Shown one piece after another: positions 38,178 through 50,070 of a stretch of DNA of 64,000 nt. Source of the DNA: Liolophura sinensis (Eukaryota); contig NC_088295.1 of the NCBI RefSeq assembly GCF_032854445.1, positions 28,692,498 to 28,756,497 on the forward strand, written 5' to 3'. The notes under the pieces were generated by a model that searched no databases, was not told the DNA's origin, and was given only the letters and a program-made list of their open reading frames with translations. The translations under genes were made by a program, and so were the position numbers. Position 1 is the first letter of the stretch; the number at the start of each line of letters is the position of its first letter.

Positions 38178-38861
38178 CTGTCCAGAAAGTTTAATTGTAT
38201 ATATAAATTAACAAATATCTGTAAAAAGTCATACTGGTTGGTATCTTAACTGATTTTTAAGACATACTTTCCATCAAAGGGTCACTTTAACCAGTACTAA
38301 CTGCATCGTGCAATAATCATTCTGATCACCACAACACTAGCTGGTACAGCTTTTGTGAGGTTTTACAAGAATTCAGAAACTATCACCATCTGCACCTAAC
38401 CCTTTTGTATATAGGATCAATATGTACCTCACCCTTTACCACACGTGACACAACATTAATCCTTCTGCTCAAGATATATACGTAGATACAAAACGAAGAT
38501 GACTCATTAGTGATGTCACCGCTGCCAAATCTACATAATTAAAGGGATACAGAATCAACGCTGATTGCGTGACTAATGAGTTAGGGTTTCCTGGGTTAAA
38601 TCCTTCAGCTGTGGTCACGGTTGAATAAATGTACCATACAGGTACAGAATTGATTCTGTATCCCTTTATAACAATATGCAATTGTTTAAATAAACCACAC
38701 TGCAACACCTAAGGTCCTCAGGAATATACCTGGCATATGTAAAGTCAATCATATGAATGGTTGTGGAGAAAATTAAGGACAGATATACAGAGATAACAGG
38801 TACTTCAGGTTTTATACAATATTCTAGTCACAAATAAACAGAAACTCTGCAACTGGAATAC

Positions 38862-39087
38862 CTTCTTCAGATGAAGTGCTACTCCTCCTCTGCTGCTTGA
38901 CAGCATTCATGGAATAGTCCCCTACAGTTCTGAAATAATTCCTGAGTAATAATCCGTGATCAGCAGGGGCAGATATCGTACTCAGGCTGCCAACCTCATC
39001 CATATCCTCAAGTAACCTCTGTACAGCCTCAGAGCCATCACAACCTCCATGCAGGACAAGTTCTACCAAATAAACTGAACCCTGTGC
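38862..39087 (-). CDS. PARP4: PARP4-like exon (AQGSVYLVELVLHGGCDGSEAVQRLLEDMDEVGSLSTISAPADHGLLLRNYFRTVGDYSMNAVKQQRRSSTSSEE)
   Basis: acceptor cccctttcag, donor GAAG|GTATTC; long open frame. Confidence 0.45.
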
Positions 39088-39652
39088 CTGAAAGGGGCCA
39101 TAAGGAACAGAGTAAAGACCAGTACAATTATCTTTCCATATCAAAGAAAAGAAGGCTAAAAAGCCTAATTTCCCTGTGATAGCTTAATGGTGTCTACCGA
39201 TAGCAAGGCAGTCACAATAATCTTGTCTTCATAATGCAGTCACTGAGGAATCATTGACTTGACACCTGGACACATATGACACATATATCCACCCTATTAC
39301 AGAATACTCACAGAGACAACAACTCACAGTAATCTCCAAAAAGATCTGTCATTGATTCATTCGGCTACAGTAGATCAGCCCCTGACCTATGATGTTTCAG
39401 GCTCAACCATTACTAGTTGGTTTGGCAGCAGTTTTAAGTGAAAAGGTTTGTGGTTCAAAAGATGATAGTTTATTTCTGTTTACTCAATCCATAAAGTGTT
39501 ATAAGTGAGAATTTCTAATCACATAAATGTAAATCGATAAGTAATGTCTCAAAACATTTTACACACCAGTATGCATGTATTTAATACATGCACTTCTCTT
39601 CAGGCTTTCAGTTTTAAAAAAAAAACTTATAAATATACAGAGGATAATTTAC

Positions 39653-39734
39653 CTTGTCTTCTGTAGATGCTTCACTAACAAACACAAACTGAGTTTTGCG
39701 CACAGTACTGATTTCCCAGCATTCCTCAGTTAAC
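39653..39734 (-). CDS. PARP4: PARP4-like exon (LTEECWEISTVRKTQFVFVSEASTEDK)
   Basis: acceptor ctattcag, donor AAG|GTAAAT; open frame. Confidence 0.4.
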
Positions 39735-40277
39735 CTGAATAGTTAAGCGGAGTAAAATAATTAAGTTCCTGAAAGAACGCCCTTATTTACCCATAGGCTA
39801 ATTATTTTTAAAATATTATTCTCTTGATTAATATTTTAACTGATTTTTTTTTTAAATTTAATGTTTTTCAGTAAAACCATGTTAATTTATGCGTAGAGGC
39901 AGGGAAATAGGGCTTAGACAATAAACAGGTGATGAGAACAGTGTATATAACAATATATACCTACAGTAAAGTAACAGAAGATCTACACTCTATCTCACAA
40001 ATCACATACATGTACTTGGCTTTTTAGTTGCACAAATGGAAGACCATACCAATTTTAATTGTTGTTTTATGGGAATAAATCAATGTCTGGAGAGAGCATA
40101 AACATAAGTAAAACACGAAAATAAACTCATTTATGGAATCATTTATGGAAATGACTATCTTGGTAAGTTTTTCTTGTTGAAGACATAGCTGCATGACAGG
40201 AAAGCATTAAAGAACAATAAAATCATAAAAACATCAAGATCGTACAATACAAAGGTGGATTTTCAGTTCATAGATAC

Positions 40278-40349
40278 CTTTCATCAGACTTGTTAACACC
40301 TTGCCTGCTCAAACACAATCCTGACATTAGCGCTCGTTCAGAGAGATCG
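40278..40349 (-). CDS. PARP4: PARP4-like candidate catalytic-domain exon (..DLSERALMSGLCLSRQGVNKSDE; resembles PARP ILSQGLR/ILCRGLL motif)
   Basis: acceptor attttag, donor AAAG|GTATCT; weak motif similarity only. Confidence 0.3.
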
Positions 40350-41110
40350 CTAAAATATGCAAATTAAGTATACCGGTATAAGAATTTATATATGCATCAA
40401 ATTTCACACTACATACAGGATAATAACATATCAGTACACACAAATGTGTATGTTGTACATGTAACATAGCAGATTGTATTGGCAATATATATGATCAGGC
40501 AAATGGGGATTTCCCTTTCCCACAGTGACAGAAGCACAGGATGGGGGCTATGGTCCCATAATGCTAAAACCCCATCACGGTCACCCCAAGCAGGATGCTA
40601 CAATGAAGAATCACTGATGGTTGGTGTGTTGCTTGGTTCACTGCCTTTACATGAAGGGCTACATGTAGGAGGGTACAATGCACTGGCTCTCTACGACTGA
40701 GACAACATAAAGTTTCCGTTTGAAAAGTGGTAGAAGCTAGGGGTACACTTGCAAAGGTCGATGGTTCAAACCCCAAATACATCCTCAGAGTCACAAAAGT
40801 CATCGCTATCATTACATCTGTATCACAGTCAAATCAAACCACTTTTACATAAAAAATGTCAGAAGATTTTCACTGACAATTCAGGAATGTTAAACCTCTG
40901 CTAGATGTTAAGGATGTATGTGGTAACAGCCCAGAAAGGATGAAAACAAGACTTACATACATATTAATTTCAAGATTACACTCATTTGAACTACACATAA
41001 ACCTGACTGCGACCATATGAAAACTTCTTCATTGTTTAAGACCTATCATGAATCTCTCTCACTATCTACAAACCATGAACATACACTGCACATATAAAGG
41101 ACATTCATAC

Positions 41111-41248
41111 CTGCATAAAATTGCCAGAATGAGATGTGCATTCACTGGGTAAAATGTATAGACAACCTCTGTGGGTAGATTCTCCAGGACATCCTCGCTG
41201 GAAAACTTCTGTATCAAATACATGCTTTTGATGTCTTTGATGTGGGCT
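41111..41248 (-). CDS. PARP4: PARP4-like exon 8 (AHIKDIKSMYLIQKFSSEDVLENLPTEVVYTFYPVNAHLILAILC); phase relative to exon 7 unresolved
   Basis: acceptor ttaaacag, donor CAG|GTATGA. The protein-like frame is offset by 1 from the exon-7 phase. A mini-exon, an alternative site or an indel is unaccounted for. Confidence 0.4.
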
Positions 41249-42177
41249 CTGTTTAAAAAATAAAACATAACTTCTTCTCTGTGCCTCATTCACTTGGATG
41301 GTCCAAACTAAAAACAAAAATTTCCTAAGTGTTTTCAGAAATTTGCAAAGTGCTTTGGTTTATACAAGTGATATCCATTTATAATGTCATTATCACCAAC
41401 AATCGGATTTAAACTGGATGCTGTTAAATGGCAGAAGTTAGCTGCAGTTTACACAAAATGTGAACTCATTTGGCTGACTGCATCTAATAGATAAGACCTA
41501 GAAATGTATGAGGAAAATTCAAATAAGCATTTCAGTTTCTTTACCTTCACAGTTCTAACATTTCTAAAGAGGTTATGCTCTAGTGCGGAATTTAAATGTA
41601 GAAACCTAGCACCATGAGTTACCTGGAACGTACAGACTGTTCATTGTTTTGGAAACATTTACTTTTCTTTTCATCATGAACTTTTCCACTCTAAAATGCA
41701 ACGAAACTCTTTTAACCTACTTATTTACAAACCTGGAGTGGAGAGCAGACTCCACCTGTCTAAATCTTTGGGTGTGTGGTTTTAAGGGACAAAACCTCCA
41801 TCTGAAAGATAGGCCCAAGTCCCAAGGGTTCAGGTTTTCAGAAAAACTTTCTGACAGAGAAAGAGTTCCCCTGATAAACTGTAACAGGATACAACATACA
41901 AATATGAATAAATCCCTGAATCTGTTTGCATGTTTAGACCATCGTTACCTTTCCATATCATAACAAACTTCTCTTTCTAAACAAAACGGTAATCTTTATG
42001 AAGCCATTGTAACTAACCCAGCCATGCCAGTTAGTTGTAAGAAAAACTCTTTTTATGTCAAGCATAAAGCTATAAAATTGTTTTCAATAGAAAACAAGTT
42101 ACCAGATGTGAAACTTAATCCACCACTACGCAGGTATATTTGTAATAAAACTTAAATTTCCATGATGTTACACGTAC

Positions 42178-42354
42178 ATGGCAGAGATCTTGTTTCTGGG
42201 CTATGATGGCCTGTGTGTCCACTGTGAACTGATGTGCTGGAGAATGGGGCAAAGCTTGGTAAAATGAGGTGGACAAGAATTCTACTTTGTTTCTATCACT
42301 TTCTTCCTGCAGCTCTTCTCTCAGAAGTTCCAAAATTCCCATAGCTTTTACAAC
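42178..42354 (-). CDS. PARP4: PARP4-like exon 7 (VVKAMGILELLREELQEESDRNKVEFLSTSFYQALPHSPAHQFTVDTQAIIAQKQDLCH)
   Basis: acceptor tatcag, donor CAT|GTACGT; matches human EGILLLVKAAL...EFYRLIPH...KKADLCQ. Confidence 0.6.
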
Positions 42355-42548
42355 CTGATAATGATATGAATAAAAAACCTACTATAAAAGAACAAGAAAT
42401 ATTTAATACTGGTTCTAGAACTGCTCCTGGTGGATCATTATAGATGTATATATGTAGTTTTCAAAGATTCATCCAATATTTTCCTGAATTAAAGGAGAAT
42501 TTGAGTCCACTGAATAAAGTGAAATTTGCAGATTGTCAGAAAACTTAC

Positions 42549-42671
42549 TTTTTCCAATGTGATATTTTTAAGCTCTGTGGCAACATGATTCCTGATACAC
42601 AGCCAACTTTCCTTCCACAGGTCTTCTATAATATCTACACCTTCTACTGTTGACAACTTAGGGTTCAACCT
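42549..42671 (-). CDS. PARP4: PARP4-like exon 6 (PARP regulatory helical region RLNPKLSTVEGVDIIEDLWKESWLCIRNHVATELKNITLEK)
   Basis: acceptor tttgtag, donor AAA|GTAAGT; 123 nt. Confidence 0.6.
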
Positions 42672-43024
42672 CTACAAAGAAATGAAATGCAAAATGAATG
42701 TAATGTTAGATGTGTGTTTCCCTCGAAGTATGTTCTCTTTCCCCCTACCACTGTCGTATGAGTTAAACATTCTTGAGTATGGCTTAAAATACTAATCAAG
42801 TAAGTCAATACATAAATAATGTTAGATGCATGTTTGACTGGGGTGTAGGCCTAAAGAGAAACTTAAAGCTATGTATAGTCATATTCTCATCTTTTTTTTA
42901 ATCTCAGTCCATAGTAAGTTCTTGTACATACATATACAACTGCACCCAGATACTTATACATGGCATACAAACAGAAACATGGAATGCTTGCCTCTTTCAG
43001 TATAGTGGATCCACAAGGAGATAC

Positions 43025-43147
43025 TTTGGTTTGTTCTATGTTGTAGTTTGCGGAAGAGATCAATTTCTCATAAAGCCAGGTGTACACATTCATAGCCTCA
43101 ACCAGTGTGGGGAAATGACGATATCTGATCACAGTATTTTTTCCATT
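43025..43147 (-). CDS. PARP4: PARP4-like exon 5 (NGKNTVIRYRHFPTLVEAMNVYTWLYEKLISSANYNIEQTK)
   Basis: acceptor tttccag, donor AAA|GTATCT; 123 nt phase 0. Confidence 0.55.
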
Positions 43148-43612
43148 CTGGAAATCCAAATAAAAAATTATTTAATTGTCTGCATTATTTGTTATTTTTA
43201 TACATCAGGTATGCATGAACACAGGGCTGAAATTACAAATCAGAAGTGAATATAACATGAGCAACTTTTCTAACATTTCTTCAATTCACCGATCCTTTAC
43301 ACTGCACAGTATTTACTGAAACACTGATTGGCTGAACAGTTGTCACAGGAGTTTATCATTAAGATCTCACTTTCCAATGAGGATACAGATTAATACATTA
43401 CGAGGGAAAGCCTCTATTTAGTTGACTGAATGACAGCATGTTGTTCAACAACAATCAAGAATCTTTCATGTAATTCTTGAGTATGATGTTGGTGAGCGTT
43501 GTGAGGGGACAAATCAGGTGTACAGGGTGATAATCATCCAACCTGAATTATATGGTTATTCTGAGGGAACATCTGAATAAATCACAGGAATTTGCTCGCT
43601 TTGCTAACTTAC

Positions 43613-43744
43613 CCAAGATGCATCATCGTGAATCTCTTCACTAGAATAAACACGGAATTCAGAACTCTGAGATCCCTGGTTGCAATCTTTGGGCACATGA
43701 AGTTCCAAAACTTGAAACAGCTGATGGCCTTTCTTGTCCATTTT
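43613..43744 (-). CDS. PARP4: PARP4-like exon 4 (KMDKKGHQLFQVLELHVPKDCNQGSQSSEFRVYSSEEIHDDASW)
   Basis: acceptor ctcttcag, donor TGG|GTAAGT; 132 nt phase 0. Confidence 0.6.
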
Positions 43745-44120
43745 CTGAAGAGCACCAAAACAAAACTTCAGTACACCAAAAATAAGAGCAAAAGTTAAAA
43801 TCAACAGTGACAAAGTGATGGGATTGTAAGAAATCTTACTGCTCACGAAATCTAGGAAACTGCTCCAACCCATGCAGTAGTAAGCTGCAAGTCTGCTGTC
43901 CATGTCATAAATGAACAATGAGCCTTATGATCTACACATATGGGTTCTTGCTGGCTTAATTCCTCCACTAAAACATTCCTCTCATCACAGCAAATCAGCC
44001 CTTGACCAATGAGGTTACAAGTTCATATCCAGCTTCAGTAGTAAATCGACATAACATGCCACAACTAAACCTGTCATATTAAGAGAGCGTGACTGACTGA
44101 AATGATCTGCATACACTTAC

Positions 44121-44269
44121 TGGCAGGACACAGAACTTGAGCACCTCATACTGATTGTAATCATCATCAGCCTCATCCAGAACGTCGCCAGAATCCCACA
44201 ACTCAGCATCATCCAGGTCCGTAAAGTCTTTCTCCACCATACACTCCTTTTCTTCAGTTTCTGTCTGGA
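44121..44269 (-). CDS. PARP4: PARP4-like exon 3 (acidic linker VQTETEEKECMVEKDFTDLDDAELWDSGDVLDEADDDYNQYEVLKFCVLP)
   Basis: acceptor ttcatag, donor CCA|GTAAGT; in frame. Confidence 0.55.
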
Positions 44270-44574
44270 CTATGAACAGTAAGACGTTCTTTTTCAAGTG
44301 ACATATGTCCAAGAAAATAACTGCATACCAAGTAGTTAACATGCACATAACATGTAAAACTATAACATTTAACTTTAACTCTTCAACATCTTCTAACAAC
44401 TTTGCATTTCTGGTAGGTCCAGGAAATTCACAATTATAATGTACATAATTAAAAAAACAGAATGACTTCTTCATGCATGTGAGAAGATGTCACCAGTATT
44501 CAGTATGGTTGGGTTACATGTCTATGTTTCCTTTGCCTTGTCCTTAATCATACAATGCTTTACAGTTTTGTTAA

Positions 44575-44990
44575 AACATGTTCAACATACACACGCACTG
44601 TCATGCACCATAATCCGTGACCTAAAGCACCATAATCTATGACCTCACGCACCACAATCCATGACCTCATGCACCACAATCCGTGACCTCATGCACCATA
44701 ATCCGTGATCTCATGCACCACAATCCCTGACCTCATGCACCACAATCCCTGACATCATGCACCGTTATCCTTCACCTCATGCACCATAATCCGCGACCTC
44801 ATGCACCACAATCCCTGACATCATGCACCGTTATCCTTCACCTTATGCACCACAATCCATGACCTCATGCACCATAATCTGTGACCTCATGCACCACAAT
44901 CCCTGACCTCATGCACCACAATCCCTGACATCATGCACCGTTATCCTTCACCTCATGCACCATAATCCCTGACCTCATGCTCTGTTGCCT
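44575..44990. repeat. 22-bp minisatellite, about 19 copies (GCACCACAATCCCTGACCTCAT) with a 66-bp higher-order variant (..GCACCGTTATCCTTCACCTCAT), in PARP4-like intron 2
   Basis: direct reading. Confidence 0.85.
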
Positions 44991-45126
44991 GACATTATTG
45001 TCATCATCCATAACAATCACTGGTGCTATGGTTAGGAAGTGATGATATTCAATGAGTTAAACACCCGTACGATCTTTCAATCTCATATGAAAGTCTGTGT
45101 TTATGTACAAGGCATGTCACTTATAC

Positions 45127-45310
45127 CTGTATCATTTGTAGCAATCTGATATTTCTTGACGAGATACTTTTTAATGTCTTCTAGATTTCCATATTGCATA
45201 CTGTTTAGAATGTAGCTGACAGTCACCACTGGAACTCTGAACGTCTGTGCCTGGTGTAGTTTGTAAGAGTCTGGTGTGTGATCTTTCCCAGCTATCACCA
45301 AGCATGATGT
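45127..45310 (-). CDS. PARP4: PARP4-like exon 2 (BRCT: TSCLVIAGKDHTPDSYKLHQAQTFRVPVVTVSYILNSMQYGNLEDIKKYLVKKYQIATNDT)
   Basis: acceptor tgtgttccag, donor ACAG|GTATAA; phase continuous with exon 1 and exon 3. Confidence 0.6.
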
Positions 45311-45725
45311 CTGGAACACAGAATAAGATATATATTTCACACCTCTTTTTCTCACATCGCTGGCCACAATATGGCGGAAAAATCATCGATGTAGAATCCT
45401 TCTGCTATACATGTAACCATTTGTTTCATTTATGCAGCGTATACAAGTTCCCATATTCCTAAAAATACTGGTCCCTGGGTTAATGTCTACAATGACTAAA
45501 AACATGAACACAGAGAAATTCAAATCAAGAGTATACAGATACTTCTCACATTTGTGTAGGGAGCTGGTAAAGGCTGAATGATTATTGGGCCTCCTTTTTG
45601 AATAGCTCGGTAAAATCTGGGCCTGCACAGTTTCAAGATTCCTATGCTTCCCGTGATTTTTAGGTGTTGTGGGCAGGAAGTGATCGGCACTACTGCTATG
45701 CAGGTATGGAAATCAGTAGATATAC

Positions 45726-45852
45726 CTGTTTTGTGACAGCATAGGTGATATCACCTCCTCTGTCTTGGACCAGCTGTTTCAGATGATCTTTCTCTCGTAT
45801 TGTAGCTGTGAGCTCCCAGTCCAATGCAAAGCTTAGGTTCTTGAACATCTTC
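45726..45852 (-). CDS. PARP4: PARP4-like exon 1 (ATG; BRCT N-terminus MKMFKNLSFALDWELTATIREKDHLKQLVQDRGGDITYAVTKQ)
   Basis: ATG preceded by in-frame TAG; donor CAG|GTATAT; BRCT-like pattern. Confidence 0.55.
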
Positions 45853-46729
45853 ATCTACAGGTGCTATTATAACCAAGATGGCACCGTAGTGATATTTCTG
45901 AAAATATCAAATATACATGACAAACATACATGTAAATAGTATTAAATGGGTGACTATCAACAAATAACAGTTAGCTTCAGTTTCACAGTATAATAACTGG
46001 TTACCTGTACTTGATTTTAAATTTGATAATAGAAGGTAGTACACACTCCATGAAGCTCAACTATCTACATGTATAGCTATTATTTACAGAGAGATATGTG
46101 ACACATTTACTCATCATGAAGTGGTGAGTAATTAAGTTATCCTTTTTATGTATCCTTATAATGATCGACCATATCCAGTATCTGATAGAGAAGGTGGCTA
46201 AATTAGGGATGCTGACTGGTTATATTTTCAAGAAGGCATCAATTTACATGTCACCATGTGAAAAAAAAATTAGTAAATGATGTTGGAATGTAACAGAATT
46301 TGTTTGGAAATATTAAACTGAATACGCATTTTTGTGTCACTAAATTCTGTTGGCATGTTGTTTATTAAGCAAAGATACATTAGATAGGTTTCAAATACTT
46401 GATCAACACATTGAAATAATGTGCATCACAGTGATCAATGTTAAGCCATGCTGTCATGTTGCAGAGGTACCTGACAGAACTATTAATGTACCATACCTTA
46501 CATAAGTTACCTACCCGTACTGTGCATAATTCCATTTAGTTTAAAATCTGACACAAATAACACTACTGGTACACCTAACAATTTTGCAGAGTTCTGATAA
46601 CAACAAGAGATAGTAGTTCAATCTGGTCTCTAAATACATACTATATGACATATACTGATACAGTGTGTGTTGAGATATCAGATTCTAACTTTGACTGGAC
46701 TAAGAAAATAGATAAGAGCTAGCTCAAGC

Positions 46730-47850
46730 AGGTGCTGATTAAGCCAGCGTACCACTAGCTCTGTAGGGCTGTGATTACGTATACTATCACAGCCTAGCTA
46801 GCCCCAAGTCGATACTTCAGCTCCTCTCTATACTGGGCTAGCGGAGTATCGTAGCCACAGGGGGAACCGATGGTAAACCATACACCGATTCAAGCCATGC
46901 CCGATAAGTCCTTTCTAAACACTGGCTGCGGTCCAAAAGTGGCGTCAACTTTGGCTCGCATTCCGGCGACTAGGGACAGACAAATTATTTGGTGCCCAGC
47001 AGTAGAATGCTGAAGCCAGCAGGGGAAGTACCGAAGTGTTCAAGGTAAGCTTACGGAACAAGAACACCTTCAAAACCTCTGTACTTCTCCCGCTGGCTTC
47101 AGAATACTACTGCATGGCACCAAATAATTTGTCTGTCCCTAGTCCTAGTCGTCTCAACTATCAATTCAAAGTAGGTGTTCCCATGTGTCTTCGCTAGTAA
47201 ACCCACACAAGCATGAAACTATGGTGAAAACTTGATAAATTTCAACTCCAACCGCCATGTTTGAATGCATACTCCTCACAGTGAGGGGAATCATGTATGC
47301 AGTTACCACTGCCACTATTAGGCAAGTTAGGCCTTTTTCACAACGGATTCTGGCTAATTGTTCAGGATCAGTCTCACCAGTAATAACCTGGAGGGAACCA
47401 TGATCAACACTGATCACTAAACACATTTCTCAAATAAATTTTAAAAAAAATTAAGAAAAGATTAAACAAGTACAAAATATGCTGGAGGTGGCAGTAGTTA
47501 TCTCCCTTGAATTGGCTGTGAGGAGTATGCATTCAAACATGGCGGTTGGAGCTGGAATTTATCCAATTTCCACTATAGCTTTGTGCTTGTGTGGAATTTA
47601 CTTGTGATGACACATGGGGACACCTAACTGGTATTGACAGCAGAGACGACTGGGACTAGGGACAGACAAATTATTTGGTGCCCAGAAGTAGTATATTAAA
47701 GCTAGCAGGGGAAGTACAGAGGTGTTCAAGGTAAGTATATGCAACAAGACAGGGCTGTGATAGAATACGTAATCGAAGCCTTACGGAACTAGACAGGGTT
47801 GTATTAGTACACATCATCACGCGCAGTCCTACAGAGCTTGCGTACCACAT
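46730..47850. mobile_element. Foldback/MITE-like element with nested inverted repeats. It includes a perfect ~75-bp palindromic hairpin at 46960-47160 and arms at 47100-47300 and 47500-47700.
   Basis: GGGACAGACAAATTATTTGGTGCCCAGCAGTAGAATGCTGAAGCCAGCAGGGGAAGTAC and its reverse complement recur; outer arms ggctgtgattacgtatactatcacagcc / ggctgtgatagaatacgtaatc. Confidence 0.55.
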
Positions 47851-48204
47851 GATCTACACGTATAACAGGTTTCGATTCATCTTCACAATTTGCAAGCTGA
47901 TCGACAATAGTACACACTGTGCATTTAGGGTTACATTTCCGTGTACTGCATCAGGAAATATGGTCTGGCAGCACCTGAAATCAGCTGCCAAAGGACACTG
48001 TGAGTGTCAAGTGGAAATTGAAAGTGAACCTGGTCGTGGGCCAGAATTTAGCCCACAATTTAATTTTAAATTTGATATAGAAATGTATTTTTAGTTTATT
48101 TTAAGACTCAAATCTCAAATAAAAGCTCCCAATTTTACTTTTTTTGAAAGGAATATTGATGAACCCAAATTGCACAAACGCTTCAGTGCGGAGAGAATCT
48201 GAAA

Positions 48205-48303
48205 ATGGGTGACAACAACAACGAAGAAACACGTGAACAGAAAATCGATTGGCAATTCCCAGAGCTGTTGTCAAATGAGGGTTTAATCGAATTTTTGAAA
48301 CGG
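48205..48303 (+). CDS. C2orf49: ashwin (C2orf49-like) exon 1 (MGDNNNEETREQKIDWQFPELLSNEGLIEFLKR)
   Basis: ATG; donor CGG|GTAATT; matches ashwin N-terminal HPELLSEEFLLLTL. Confidence 0.6.
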
Positions 48304-48479
48304 GTAATTGTATATCTGTTGTAAATGTTTTTTGATTGTACTTTGTTTGGAAGGAGGGATTTGTTTTTAGGACGGTGGTGAAAACAATCGTGTTAGGTAC
48401 CAGTGAGGGTCCAGATGTTGAGACGCTGAATTTATAGGTAGGCCTACTGGTAATGAGTATCTTTTAGTTGTGGAGTGTA

Positions 48480-49180
48480 ACTCTGTGTATCGAACAACAT
48501 GAAGTGTCATGAGAGTTACAGGGAATAACTGCTTCTAATGTGTCGGATCGAACTAAAGCCACATTTAACTCATTAAATGTTCCATAGGGTAAATTGATGT
48601 CAACCGAATAGTCCCCATAATCAACTAACCTGTTCTGAGTCTCGCCGAACCAAAGACGATCCCTGACAACAGCACAAATTCACAGAATAAATACATTTTC
48701 AGACACTACACCCACTGTGGCCACCATCTCGTTATGATGGTTTTATATTTAAATCATGTGATCGATGTGAGCGCAAAGCAAAATAAGGTCGTTGAAGGGA
48801 GATAATACCTATGGCAATCATTCTAGTAACACTATAGGCAAGTCTAGTTGTCCATTTGCCTGGTTCAGGCCCCGTTGTCATCATATGGCGCTAATCACTT
48901 CAATGATCTAAATGGTGACAGACGGCTTACGGCCACAGCGGATGTAGTGTCTGAAAATGTATTTATTTTGTGAATTTGTGCGGTTGTCATGGATCGTTTT
49001 TGGTTTGGCGAGACTCAGAACAGGTTAGTTGATTATGGCGGCCTGTCGGCTGACAACAATATGCTAGGGAAGATTTAATATGCAAGTGAAGGTGTGATAA
49101 ATGTGGCTAACCATTGATGTGACGCATTAGAAGCAGTTATTCCCTGTAACTATCCAAACACTTTGTGTTGATCGAGTTAC
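48480..49180. mobile_element. MITE/foldback-like element with ~250-bp terminal inverted repeats (48480-48730 and 48920-49180) around a ~190-bp spacer, in ashwin intron 1
   Basis: gcacaaattcacagaataaatacattttcagacactacacccactgtggcc at 48675 is the reverse complement of ggccacagcggatgtagtgtctgaaaatgtatttattttgtgaatttgtgc at 48930. Confidence 0.55.
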
Positions 49181-50070
49181 GTTCTGCAACTGGGGTATGT
49201 TTGAGTTCGAGCTGATGGTAGTGATCTTAGATTATATACGACTAAACACAGGTGTAGTAAAGCTGATATTGCTTTCTATTATTTGTCATGGACCCACTTT
49301 TCAGATGTTTATTGTGAAAAGCAGATTCTTCATTGTACTGACATAATTCATTTTCTCTGCTGCAACTTGACATATACATTAAAAAAAAAAGAAAAAATCC
49401 CAGAACAGTTTGTGTGCAACATTTGTTTTCTTCATCTTGCTTAATGACTGGTTAAGTGCTGATGTCAGCACTTTCTGATGTTTTGGTTGAATGATTGGCA
49501 GTGCAGGCTCTTACGTTTAAAAACACCCTGTTTTTTTTTTTTAGAGAAGCTCTCACCTGTCTTTCAGTTGCATGTTCTTTAACCTATTTTCAAGGAGACA
49601 GGCTACAATTAAAAATTAGTACAGTAAATCTAGATTACTACTCTCTAACTATCACCAGTCATGAACCAGCAGTTACTAGTAGTCTGGAATTATTTTGTCT
49701 GAAGTCTGGGGCTGTTTTTCTGTTAATCATGTCTTAATGGCAGAAAGTTTAGGTATTTGTGACAAGAGGTCATCTCAAGCTTAAGCAAACAAATTTAATA
49801 TTGGTCAGAGTAGTCATGTAAAGTCAAATAAAATTATCCTGAATAAGGAGTCAAACACCAGTGAAATAAAGTGTTTCTGCCAGGCCCATTTTTTCAATTT
49901 GCTTTTCACTTTGTCTTTAGATAAGATACACAGCCAAGCAGATTGTTGCTCATATGCAGAAAATGAAAATCCTTGGGTCAAGCGTTAATCTCTTAACAAA
50001 TAGATGAACTGTGTAGTTGAAATCCCATTTAAATTTGTTGTATTTACAAATAGTTTTCTTGCCTTTTCAG

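Larger units (their letters stand above)
16767..45852 (-). other. PARP4: PARP4-like (vault poly(ADP-ribose) polymerase) gene locus with >=28 coding exons; domain order BRCT, PARP regulatory/catalytic-like, VIT, VWA, low-complexity region, MVP-binding-like C-terminus
   Basis: Exon translations match human PARP4 segments in collinear order. BRCT: GGDITYAV, CLVIAGKD. Regulatory: MGILELLREEL, SFYQALPH, QKQDLCH. VIT: VNLIQTYIND...GQGACLL, EVFTMKVGNL. SIEMPF and HLPRMWVERHP match human SIEMPY and YLPRMWVEKHP. VWA: FLVDVSKSMAG, FLITDGFVN. WDRK|ISELLKK..TMTWQQFEPDLP..VVYGFIQNCT matches human WRKQIEDQ..VKWQQLNPDVP..LVYGFIPHCT. TSFVAVEEN matches TSFVAVEKRD. C-terminal GLKSLGKMVGEKVMCVLATMMALLVLL and LELGSNWEE match GIQSLGVKGRECLLDLIATMLVLQF and LELGNDWD. 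Junctions with consensus AG/GT sites maintain frame. Confidence 0.75.
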
